From an uncultured Desulfobacterales bacterium (GTDB taxonomy: Bacteria > Bacteroidota > Bacteroidia > Flavobacteriales_G > Salibacteraceae), in contig CAXMPG010000082.1 in assembly GCA_964195485.1 (NCBI GenBank), forward strand, positions 282 to 64,281: DNA of 64,000 nucleotides, given 5' to 3'. The position numbers and the translations under genes were made by a program. The notes beneath the pieces were generated by a model. That model did no database searches. It was not told the origin of the DNA and worked only from the letters and a program-made list of their open reading frames with translations. Every line of letters starts with the position of its first letter. The stretch's first letter is position 1. This document shows positions 28,929 to 37,696 of the stretch, one piece after another.

Positions 28929-29923
28929 TGCACGAGGAGAAACATATAGACCAGCTGTTAATGGCATATTTGCTGAATGAGTTAGATACTAACGACATTC
29001 AGAAGGTAGAATTATGGCTTTCTGAATCGGATAACAATCAAGCTAAATTTGATGAGATTATTCAAATTTGGGAAGTATCAGAGAATGCGAAAGCGCACAA
29101 TTTTGATACCGATAAAGCATGGAATAAGGTTTCAGGTAAAATAGATTCTAAGCCATTTTATGCCGCTTCTTGGTTTCGACTAGCTGCGGCAATTTTAGTG
29201 ATTATTGGAGCAGCATCTACATTCTATAAAACATTTTCAACGATCGATTCCACAGAGTTGTATGCAGAAAACGAGGTGAAAATTGAAACTCTTGTGGATG
29301 GCTCTGTAATTACTTTAAACGAAAAATCAAGCATAAAATACCGCGCAGATTTTAACGAAGACCAACGAGAAATTTCGTTAGAAGGAGAAGCGTTTTTTAG
29401 TATTGAACGTGACGAAACAAAACCCTTCATTATTAACCTTGATCAAAGTAAAGTTACTGTTTTAGGAACGTCATTCAATATTAAATCGGAACCAGAAGAT
29501 AAATTAGTTCGCGTATTCGTGAAATCTGGAGTGGTGCTTTTTGAGTACCTACCTAACGACTCTTCCAATGCGTATTTATCGGTAGAGTTACATGCGGGAG
29601 ACAAGGTGGTCTACAATAAAGAAACGGGTGAATTAGAAGTTAGTGATAAAGGTTCTTCGAGTAATTTAGATATGTACTGGATAAATAAAGAGCTAATATT
29701 TGATGGTATTGCATTGCGTAAAGTAGCTAAAATACTGGAAGTGGTTTATGATGTGGAAATCACTTTTACAGAGGAACAATCAAAACAATGTTTGCTAACT
29801 GCTAATTTTCAAAATGCAGAAATAGACCAAATTATGTCGGTAATATCTACCACATTTGAGTTAGAGTTAACGCAAACGGGTAAGCAATATGTTTTAAAAG
29901 GGTTGAGCTGTGAAGAGAATTAG
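28925..29923 (+). CDS. FecR-family anti-sigma factor
   Basis: WLxES N-terminal domain, a TM, LVDGSVITLN, LEGEAFF and VLGTSFN. Confidence 0.92.
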   Translation: MMHEEKHIDQLLMAYLLNELDTNDIQKVELWLSESDNNQAKFDEIIQIWEVSENAKAHNFDTDKAWNKVSGKIDSKPFYAASWFRLAAAILVIIGAASTFYKTFSTIDSTELYAENEVKIETLVDGSVITLNEKSSIKYRADFNEDQREISLEGEAFFSIERDETKPFIINLDQSKVTVLGTSFNIKSEPEDKLVRVFVKSGVVLFEYLPNDSSNAYLSVELHAGDKVVYNKETGELEVSDKGSSSNLDMYWINKELIFDGIALRKVAKILEVVYDVEITFTEEQSKQCLLTANFQNAEIDQIMSVISTTFELELTQTGKQYVLKGLSCEEN

Positions 29924-31649
29924 TTTCTTGTTTTTTCTTTTCGTTTCTATCCAACTCAATGCACAGACTGGTAGCAGTTTCTACGTTAAGGTGAAGGTAG
30001 AAAAGGAGCCGATTAGAGTTGTTTTCAATCAAATTGAAACACAGTTGGGTTTGAAATTCTCCTACAATACACGCCTTATTAATGCAGATAGCATGGTGAC
30101 TTACGCCTCGAGTGGAACCCTTAAAAAAGTCATTTCAGAGTTATTTGATAAGAGAATTCAAGCTAAAGCCTTAGGTGATTATATTGTGCTTGTTCGGAGT
30201 AAGAAATCAGAGCGAAAATTGGATAAAGACAATCCTACTTCAATAGTTTTTAAAGGACAAGTTTTAGATACCCGAACTAAAGCACCAGTGAAAGATGCGA
30301 GTATATATGAAATTACCTCTCGCGTAAATGTGCTGAGTGATAGCTTAGGTAATTTTGAAATTACCATTGTCTCCGGTACAGAAAAAAACTTCACTATTGC
30401 TAAATCCGGATTTAAAGATGTGATACTTCCGGTTAATGTACGAACGGAGAATAACGTAGAAATTTTGCTTGTTCCTTTAAGGTCCAGTATTGGAGTAATA
30501 ACCAAATCTAACACCAATATTAAAATTGCAGAAGATCCTACGATTGTCCCAAAATTGGTGCCCCAATGGGGATTGATAATTGCGGATAACCTTCAAAATG
30601 TTAGAGAAAAAAGAATGGGACAAGTGTCGTTCGTGCCTTTGATTGGAACCAATTCGGGTGCGAGTGGGGTTATTGATAATCGGTTTTCATTTAATGTACT
30701 AGGAGGTTATAACGGGGGCGTTGAAGGTGTGGAGATTGGTGGTCTTTTTAATATTGTTAAAACCAATGTTTGGGGAATGCACATTGCAGGATTGACGAAT
30801 ATAGTGACTGGAAAGGTTAAAGGTTTTCAGGTGGCAGGTATTTCTAATATCATAGGAGGTACAGTGACCGGAATGCAAGTTGGTGGCATACTAAATCACA
30901 ATAAAAGTAAGTTTATTGGACTTCAAGTAGGAGGAATAACAAACTTGCAAAAGGACACTTTGATAGGGATGCAAGTTGCAGGGATTTACAATAGGAGTAA
31001 TAACGATTTAACAGGGCTTCAGGTAGCGGGAATTAGAAATTCCACCTATGGGAAAATGAATGGGGTTCAAATTGCTTTGGTGAATTATGCGTATCAAAAC
31101 AACGGCCTGCAAATAGGACTCATAAATGTTTCAGATACCGCAAAAGGGGCATCTATTGGGCTTTTTAACTACGTAAGGAATGGGTATCACCCTATCGCGG
31201 TTTTTAGTAACGAAGTGCTTAACGCTAACGTGGCATTTAAAACGGGAATGGATTATTTTTACACGACATATACTGTTGGAATAAATGTTTTTGAGCCACA
31301 TATTTTTGGTGTTGGTATGGGTTTCGGAGCAAAAATAAATACCTGGAAATGGTTATCTATTAGTTTTGACTTAACCGCTAATTATATCAACGAATTAGAG
31401 AATACAGAAGTGTATGATCCGGCCTTGAATTTACTAAATCGGTTAGATATAACGCTTGATTTTAACTTAGGTAAATTTTCATTAGTTGCGGGTCCTGCTT
31501 TTAACTTTCACGTTTCGCAATTAGGCTACACAGAAACCGGAACCTTTATTACCAATATTGCGGTTGACCCGTTTTACAAAGAGGTTATAAACCAAACCCA
31601 ATTACAATCTTGGGTAGGGGGAAAGTTGGGTTTAAGATTTTCTTTTTAA
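29910..31649 (+). CDS. STN + carboxypeptidase-regulatory-like + GxQxAGxxN repeat outer-membrane protein
   Basis: Signal peptide, IETQLGLKFSY STN-like segment, GQVLD..SDSLGNFEI, 15-aa repeats and a barrel-like C-terminus ending in F. Confidence 0.75.
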   Translation: MKRISFLFFLFVSIQLNAQTGSSFYVKVKVEKEPIRVVFNQIETQLGLKFSYNTRLINADSMVTYASSGTLKKVISELFDKRIQAKALGDYIVLVRSKKSERKLDKDNPTSIVFKGQVLDTRTKAPVKDASIYEITSRVNVLSDSLGNFEITIVSGTEKNFTIAKSGFKDVILPVNVRTENNVEILLVPLRSSIGVITKSNTNIKIAEDPTIVPKLVPQWGLIIADNLQNVREKRMGQVSFVPLIGTNSGASGVIDNRFSFNVLGGYNGGVEGVEIGGLFNIVKTNVWGMHIAGLTNIVTGKVKGFQVAGISNIIGGTVTGMQVGGILNHNKSKFIGLQVGGITNLQKDTLIGMQVAGIYNRSNNDLTGLQVAGIRNSTYGKMNGVQIALVNYAYQNNGLQIGLINVSDTAKGASIGLFNYVRNGYHPIAVFSNEVLNANVAFKTGMDYFYTTYTVGINVFEPHIFGVGMGFGAKINTWKWLSISFDLTANYINELENTEVYDPALNLLNRLDITLDFNLGKFSLVAGPAFNFHVSQLGYTETGTFITNIAVDPFYKEVINQTQLQSWVGGKLGLRFSF

Positions 31650-31662
31650 GTACGTTTAATCT

Positions 31663-32004
31663 TTATTTTGATGGCGGTGGTGTGCACATTGTGGTGACAA
31701 ATTTCAAAATAGCTTCCTGCGTTTTTGGATCAATATTAACTTCCTTTTTGTTCGCTTTTTTGGTCATCTTAGGTACAATTGATTTCCACTGTTCTGCCGT
31801 TTTTGATTGCGGGTTTTTTATACCATGACACGTGCTACATTTTGCCAGATACAGTGCTTTTCCTTCATTTAATTCGGCTAAAGTGTAGGTAGGGTACATA
31901 GCGGAAACACGGTCAACATCCGCTTGACTAGGGGTAGTTAAAACTTTTGGAGAACAAGCAACTATTGTTAATGCTAATAGCGTTATGATGGATAGTTTTT
32001 TCAT
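31663..32004 (-). CDS. Small monoheme cytochrome c lipoprotein
   Basis: Lipobox IVA-C, GKALYLAKCSTCH, and W..IV.KM as a possible axial Met. Confidence 0.8.
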   Translation of the reverse strand: MKKLSIITLLALTIVACSPKVLTTPSQADVDRVSAMYPTYTLAELNEGKALYLAKCSTCHGIKNPQSKTAEQWKSIVPKMTKKANKKEVNIDPKTQEAILKFVTTMCTPPPSK

Positions 32005-32118
32005 GATAAAATAGGTATCTATTATCCCGCGAATTTAGGAAATATATCAGAATGTTCTACGTGCATTTTTTGAAGGTTATTTTGTTTCTAGAAAAAAAAA
32101 TTATTTTTTTTGAAATCC

Positions 32119-32147
32119 GACTAGGGGTATTTAAAAGCTGAGTTGTT
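32119..32147 (+). promoter_or_regulatory. Putative ECF sigma promoter GACTAGGGG-N15-TTGTT
   Basis: Intergenic, about 30 nt upstream of the 32179 gene. Spacing identical to the 28882 copy. Confidence 0.55.
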
Positions 32148-32178
32148 TTCAAAGTAGTTCAAACAAAAACTACAAATT

Positions 32179-33345
32179 ATGAAAACAGCAAATAGCTTAT
32201 TTATCGGTTTACTTCTTTCCACATTTTCATCTGTATTTGCACAAGATGCAGACACTACTAAAACTACACCGGCACAAATAACATTTGGTTACCCATTGGG
32301 AAGTAATGGCCCAGAGTCAAAAAACATTTCAAACAACGTATCATTCAATATCCTATATGGTGTGAATGGCGGTTTAACGGGCTTTGAATTAGGAGGCCTT
32401 GTAAATGTTATTAATGGAGATGTTGTTGGGTGTCAAATTGCAGGAATCACTAATGTAGTAGATGGTCCCGTATTAGGCGTTCAAGTTGCTGGTATTGCGA
32501 ATGTAATTACGGATACTTTATACGGGTTACAATTTGCCGGTATAACCAATATTTCTCCTAAAAGCACTACAGGTGCACAGGTTGCAGGTATTCATAACCT
32601 AACAAACGAACGATTAATTGGTGCTCAAATCTCAGGTATCAGTAATGTGGTTTATGGAAAAACAGAAGGAGCCCAAATAGCGGGAATCCATAATTTAGCT
32701 ACGGATAGTATTACAGGAGTTCAAATATCTGGGATTTTTAATCAATCGTTGAAATCAACATATGGCGCCCAAATTGGGCTCGTTAACTCTAGTTATTTTC
32801 TTCAAGGTTTTCAACTTGGTTTAATCAATGTAGCTGATAGTTCTACGGGAGTTTCGATTGGGTTGATTAATATCGTTAAAAACGGATATCATGCGGTAGA
32901 GTTTTTTGGTAACGAAGTGATGTATGCTAATACAGCAATCAAATCGGGTACGGATCAATTTTACAATATATACACCGCAGGATTTCAGCCAGAAACCACC
33001 AATACTTTTGGATTTGGAATTGGGTTTGGTTCAAAACTCAAACTGGCCAAATGGCTTTCTATCAGTGCAGACTTAACGGTAAATCATATCAATGAATTAG
33101 ATAAGTTTGACTGGAAAGTGAATTTATTGAATAGAGCGGATCTTACTTTTGACCTAAACCTTAACAAACACCTGTCTGTAATAGTAGGCCCATCGTTTAA
33201 TGCGCACGTTTCAGAATTGGGCTACGAAAACACCGGTGAATTCACCACTAATATAGCGGTAAATCCTTTTTATACGGATAGTTACGAAGGTTACCAACTA
33301 CAAATGTGGGTCGGTGCTAAAGGTGGAATCCGTATTTCTTTCTAA
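32179..33345 (+). CDS. GxQxAGxxN repeat outer-membrane protein, paralog of the 29910 C-terminal region
   Basis: Signal peptide, 15-aa repeats, and NGYH..NEV..AN, LLNR.D and FTTNIAV segments shared with 29910. Confidence 0.75.
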   Translation: MKTANSLFIGLLLSTFSSVFAQDADTTKTTPAQITFGYPLGSNGPESKNISNNVSFNILYGVNGGLTGFELGGLVNVINGDVVGCQIAGITNVVDGPVLGVQVAGIANVITDTLYGLQFAGITNISPKSTTGAQVAGIHNLTNERLIGAQISGISNVVYGKTEGAQIAGIHNLATDSITGVQISGIFNQSLKSTYGAQIGLVNSSYFLQGFQLGLINVADSSTGVSIGLINIVKNGYHAVEFFGNEVMYANTAIKSGTDQFYNIYTAGFQPETTNTFGFGIGFGSKLKLAKWLSISADLTVNHINELDKFDWKVNLLNRADLTFDLNLNKHLSVIVGPSFNAHVSELGYENTGEFTTNIAVNPFYTDSYEGYQLQMWVGAKGGIRISF

Positions 33346-33393
33346 GGCAAAAAGCTTAACCAAACAAAATCAATCATACCAAAAAAATAAACT

Positions 33394-35742
33394 ATGAAAA
33401 TCAGAATCGCAGCATTACTATGGATAGTATTTACCATCCCATTTTTAGCATTTACTCAAGATATCACACAAACTGTGCGAGGTAAAATAATAGACAAAGA
33501 AACGAAGCAAACCATTATTGGTGCAAGTGTAATTATTGTGAATAGCAATCCTATAAAAGGTTCCAGTACAGATATTGATGGAAACTTCATCATAAAAAAT
33601 GTGCCCGTAGGCAGAGGGAGTATTCAAATTTCTGCATTGGGATACGAGGGCCAAACTTTGTCAAATATTGTTATTGAGTCCGCTAAAGAAACAGTCTTAC
33701 ATATTGAATTAATAGAATCATTTGAAATGTTGGATCAAGTGGTGATTACTGCAACTCGTGAAAATGGGGAAATCATTAACGAAATGGCTAGCGTAAGTGC
33801 AAAATCGGTGACGGTAGAAGAAACAGGAAGATATGCAGGTTCTTTGAATGACCCCGCGCGAAGTGTGTCTGCTTTTGCTGGCGTAGTAGGCGATGCATCA
33901 GGTAGTAATGACATTGTGGTTCGTGGAAATTCACCCCGTGGAATTCTATGGCGATTAGAAGGAATTGAAATCCCAAACCCGAATCACTTTGCCAATGAAG
34001 GTTCTACAGGTGGACCCGTAAACACGTTAAACGCTACTATGTTGTCTAATTCCGATTTCTTTTCAGGTGCTTTCGCTCCGGAATATGGGAATGCTTTGTC
34101 GGGCGTATTTGACACTAAATTTAGAACGGGTAATAATCAAAAAGCAGAGCAGTCTTTTTCTATTGGCGTATTAGGAACCGATGTGACTTTAGAAGGTCCT
34201 TTTAATAAAAACTACGAGGGTTCTTACTTGGTGAATTACCGCTATTCTACACTCGAATTAATGGACCGTGCCGGAATTTTAGATTTTGGTGGAATTCCAA
34301 AATATCAAGACGCATCTTTTAAAGTGAACCTTCCAACCAAGTCATATGGTAATTTTTCCATATTCGGATTGGGAGGGAAGAGTAGTATTTCAGAAACGCA
34401 AGAATCAGAAATAAACGACACCGTAAAAGTTACCGGAAGAGCAGATGTGCAAGATGCATTGGGTGTAATTGGCGTAAACCACAATTTTATGTTGAGTAAC
34501 AACAGCTATATTCATTCTTATGTTTCCATTTCAGGTACGAGTAATAAACTTTTTGATGAAAGTGTAGATGAAGCCACCGGTCAATATTGGGATTATTACA
34601 CGCAAAACTTTAGTAATACAACCATGCGTGCCTCTACTTCTTACAATCATAAATTAGATCGCAGAAACACTATTAATACAGGCATTATTTACTCACATAT
34701 GAAGTACAATATGCACTCTTCTTTAAATGAGGATAATACCGTGCCAATTGATTATGTCAAGGCTTCTGGAAAAACCAGTATGATTCAAGGATACGGGACA
34801 TGGAAACACAGAGTAACAAAAGATTTATCCGTAGTAAGTGGCTTACATTACACGCAATTATTACTGAATAATAACGCTTCTTTTGAGCCACGTTTAGGAC
34901 TGAATTTCAATGTAAATAAGAAACAAACTTTGTCTTTCGGAGCAGGGTTACACAGTAAGATAGAAAGTATTTCGGTGTACATGGCAAATGTAGAAGGCGC
35001 AGATGGAGCTTATCAAAATCAAGATTTAGAATTAACCAAATCAGTGCATTTAGTGGCTGGCTTCGGACATCAATTCAATGATTATTTGAGCTTTAAGTCA
35101 GAAGTGTATTACCAACATTTATATGATGTTCCAGTAGAAAACGATATCAACAGTGCGTTTTCAATGCTTAACCAATCCAGTAGCTACATCAATACGCCAT
35201 TGGTAAGTGAGGGTACGGGAACCAATTATGGACTTGAACTAACCTTAGAACGCTATTTTCATAAACAGTACTATTACATGCTAACCACTTCGTTATATCA
35301 ATCAAAATATACCGCCTTAGATGGAGTAGAAAGAGATAGTCGTTTCAACGCCAATTATGCAGGTAACGTAGTATTTGGTAAAGAGTTTCAGTTAAGGTCA
35401 GAAAAGAATAATAAGACCTTGGCTGTTAATATTAAAGCCTCATTATTGGGAGGGAACAGGTACACTCCAATTAATTTAGAGCAATCAATTATTGATGAGG
35501 AAACCGTGTTTGATACTGACAATGCTTTTGGAGCGAAGGGAGATGATGTTTTCTTTATGAACCTAGGAGTAACGTATAGAGTGAATCGGAAAAAAGTAAC
35601 CCATGAGGTGAAATTAGATATTCAAAATGTAACCAATAACCAAGCAGCGGTAGGTCGATATTACAATTCGGATAAGCAAAAGATTGAAGAGTATTATCAA
35701 TTATCACTTATTCCGAACTTGATGTACATAATTAAGTTTTAG
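33394..35742 (+). CDS. TonB-dependent receptor with carboxypeptidase-regulatory N-domain
   Basis: VRGKIIDKET, TDIDGNF, plug VRGNSP..IPNPNHF, GAFAPEYGNALSGV and a terminal F. Confidence 0.9.
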   Translation: MKIRIAALLWIVFTIPFLAFTQDITQTVRGKIIDKETKQTIIGASVIIVNSNPIKGSSTDIDGNFIIKNVPVGRGSIQISALGYEGQTLSNIVIESAKETVLHIELIESFEMLDQVVITATRENGEIINEMASVSAKSVTVEETGRYAGSLNDPARSVSAFAGVVGDASGSNDIVVRGNSPRGILWRLEGIEIPNPNHFANEGSTGGPVNTLNATMLSNSDFFSGAFAPEYGNALSGVFDTKFRTGNNQKAEQSFSIGVLGTDVTLEGPFNKNYEGSYLVNYRYSTLELMDRAGILDFGGIPKYQDASFKVNLPTKSYGNFSIFGLGGKSSISETQESEINDTVKVTGRADVQDALGVIGVNHNFMLSNNSYIHSYVSISGTSNKLFDESVDEATGQYWDYYTQNFSNTTMRASTSYNHKLDRRNTINTGIIYSHMKYNMHSSLNEDNTVPIDYVKASGKTSMIQGYGTWKHRVTKDLSVVSGLHYTQLLLNNNASFEPRLGLNFNVNKKQTLSFGAGLHSKIESISVYMANVEGADGAYQNQDLELTKSVHLVAGFGHQFNDYLSFKSEVYYQHLYDVPVENDINSAFSMLNQSSSYINTPLVSEGTGTNYGLELTLERYFHKQYYYMLTTSLYQSKYTALDGVERDSRFNANYAGNVVFGKEFQLRSEKNNKTLAVNIKASLLGGNRYTPINLEQSIIDEETVFDTDNAFGAKGDDVFFMNLGVTYRVNRKKVTHEVKLDIQNVTNNQAAVGRYYNSDKQKIEEYYQLSLIPNLMYIIKF

Positions 35743-35773
35743 ACCACCTTAATCGGACTACAATTTATAATTT

Positions 35774-35805
35774 CGCCAATGTTGACTTTTTAGCATTGGC
35801 GTTTT
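35774..35805 (+). terminator. Intrinsic terminator
   Basis: CGCCAATGTTG..TAGCATTGGCG then TTTT. Confidence 0.65.
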
Positions 35806-35820
35806 ATTAGAATCGATTTT

Positions 35821-36540
35821 ATGAATTATTATTTCATCACAGGAACAAGTAGCGGAATTGGTTTCGCATTAGTTGAACAACTATTACAACAAGAAAACAC
35901 TTTTGTGTACGGGATATCTAGACGAGAAAAATTTACCCATTCAAATTACCAGCATAGCAGTATAAATCTAGGAAATATGGATGAGGTTAGCGCCTTTGAT
36001 TTTCCGATATTAGATAAAGCAGATAGAATTGTTTTGATAAATAATGCCGGTCAATTGGGAGATATCAAACCTATTGGGAAATCAGATAATAACGCTATTG
36101 CCAATTTGTTTGCGGTGAATGTAACCGCACCGGCTATTTTGATGAATAATTTCATTTCTAGCTACGCAGACCTAAAAACAGAGAAAATCATTTTGAATGT
36201 AAGTTCTGGTGCAGGCAAAAATGCCATTGAAGGATGGGCTCCCTATTGTGGGTCAAAAGCCGCGGTTGATTTATTGAGCTTAACCACGTTTGAAGAACAA
36301 AAACGAGTGGAAAATCCAGTTAAGGTTTATTCAATCGCGCCTGGTGTGGTGGATACCGCAATGCAGGCTGAAATTAGAGGCTCTAATGAGTCTGACTTCT
36401 CTAAACATGCGCACTTTGTTGCGCTAAAAGCCAATAACGAATTAACATCTCCTACCGAAGTAGCGGAAAAATATTTAAGAATTATTGAAAATTCAGGCAA
36501 TTTTACTGACTGTTTGTTTTCGCTAAGAGATTTAAAATAA
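35821..36540 (+). CDS. SDR family oxidoreductase (sepiapterin/benzil reductase-like)
   Basis: TGTSSGIG, NNAG, YCGSK and APGVVDTAMQ. Confidence 0.87.
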   Translation: MNYYFITGTSSGIGFALVEQLLQQENTFVYGISRREKFTHSNYQHSSINLGNMDEVSAFDFPILDKADRIVLINNAGQLGDIKPIGKSDNNAIANLFAVNVTAPAILMNNFISSYADLKTEKIILNVSSGAGKNAIEGWAPYCGSKAAVDLLSLTTFEEQKRVENPVKVYSIAPGVVDTAMQAEIRGSNESDFSKHAHFVALKANNELTSPTEVAEKYLRIIENSGNFTDCLFSLRDLK

Positions 36541-36599
36541 ATCGGTAATTTGAACAGTTAAATGGTAATCTGTTGAATTAGGAAATTCGTTAAGTCGGT

Positions 36600-36641
36600 T
36601 TGATCCGTTGAGGGGAACGGGCGTTCGCCTCAACGGATCAA
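36600..36641. terminator. Long hairpin between convergent genes
   Basis: TTGATCCGTTGAGG...CCTCAACGGATCAA, a perfect 14-bp stem with inner GAACG/CGTTC pairing. Confidence 0.65.
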
Positions 36642-36649
36642 TAAAATAA

Positions 36650-36856
36650 TCATCCTTTCTGAAACTCCAAAATATCGCCTGGTTGGCATTCTAAAACTTC
36701 GCAAATGGCTTCAAGAGTAGAAAACCGGACCGCCTTAGCTTTACCTTTTTTAAGGATAGACAAATTTGCCATGGTAATTCCTACTTTTTCTGAAAGTTCC
36801 GTGAGACTCATCTTGCGCTTCGCAAGCATTACATCTAAGTTTACAACGATAGCCAT
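36650..36856 (-). CDS. XRE/Cro-CI HTH regulator (YozG-like)
   Basis: IVVNLDVMLAKRKMSLTELS...ANLSILKKGKAKAVRFSTLEAIC..L.CQPGDIL. Confidence 0.9.
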   Translation of the reverse strand: MAIVVNLDVMLAKRKMSLTELSEKVGITMANLSILKKGKAKAVRFSTLEAICEVLECQPGDILEFQKG

Positions 36857-37485
36857 TATATCGTGAGTTCTTGTTCTTCTTTCATTTCAATTCCCTTTAC
36901 AAACACATGGGCGAGTACCCACAATAGTAAAGCAAATAGAATAATTGAATCGGTATTATAAGCTTCTCCACCTATAATGATGGATTCAAAATCCAGTTGT
37001 TTTTCTAACATGGATTTGAGGATGCCCATATATACCCGTGAGAATACAAATAAACCCGCAAGTCCGTAGGCGGCATGCTTTAGATTATTGATGTTATCTA
37101 TTTCAAACAACAACCCATGGCGCAAATTACGGGTGAATTTTCGAAATTTCCACGTAATAAACCAGCCAATTAGAATAGCTAGTAACATTAGCTTGGCCAC
37201 TATTCGGGTAATGTAAATAGGGGTGTCTACAAAATAGAGCTTTCCATAGGCTTCTTCAATTCTTACCGGTAAATCAGCAGATTCAAGATGTAAAACACCC
37301 CCTTCAATAACCTCAATTGGAACGGGCATTTCTATGCGTAATTGAATGGGTTCAGTGAAAATATTAGTTAATAAAACTAAGTTGACCAAAACTATCACAA
37401 TGGTAAAGAATGTCATTACCCAGAAAACAAAACTGGTTAGCCAATGCAGTATTTTAATACTTAAAGGTGCTTTTTGCGTTTTCAT
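36856..37485 (-). CDS. DUF2975-like membrane protein
   Basis: F...NI..L, and VFVKGIEMKEEQELTI C-terminus. Stop overlaps the XRE start. Confidence 0.82.
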   Translation of the reverse strand: MKTQKAPLSIKILHWLTSFVFWVMTFFTIVIVLVNLVLLTNIFTEPIQLRIEMPVPIEVIEGGVLHLESADLPVRIEEAYGKLYFVDTPIYITRIVAKLMLLAILIGWFITWKFRKFTRNLRHGLLFEIDNINNLKHAAYGLAGLFVFSRVYMGILKSMLEKQLDFESIIIGGEAYNTDSIILFALLLWVLAHVFVKGIEMKEEQELTI

Positions 37486-37509
37486 AACGGATGTCTTAAA
37501 AGTGACACA

Positions 37510-37570
37510 CAAATGTATGTGTATTATTATTGACAAACAATATTTATTTATTGTTTATCAATAATAATAC
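37510..37570 (-). promoter_or_regulatory. Promoter (TACATTTG, 37510-37517) plus 22-bp inverted-repeat operator (37521-37570)
   Basis: GTATTATTATTGACAAACAATA-6nt-TATTGTTTATCAATAATAATAC, 21/22 complementary. Confidence 0.65.
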
Positions 37571-37696
37571 ATTGAGTATGGATAATTATAGAAGGTGAAA
37601 AATAAGAAAGTGTTAAATATGTTAGTACTCTGACATATGACAGTTTCAGGATAGTAATGTAATCACTACTTTAGCCGATCTAAATTTCTACACGCT

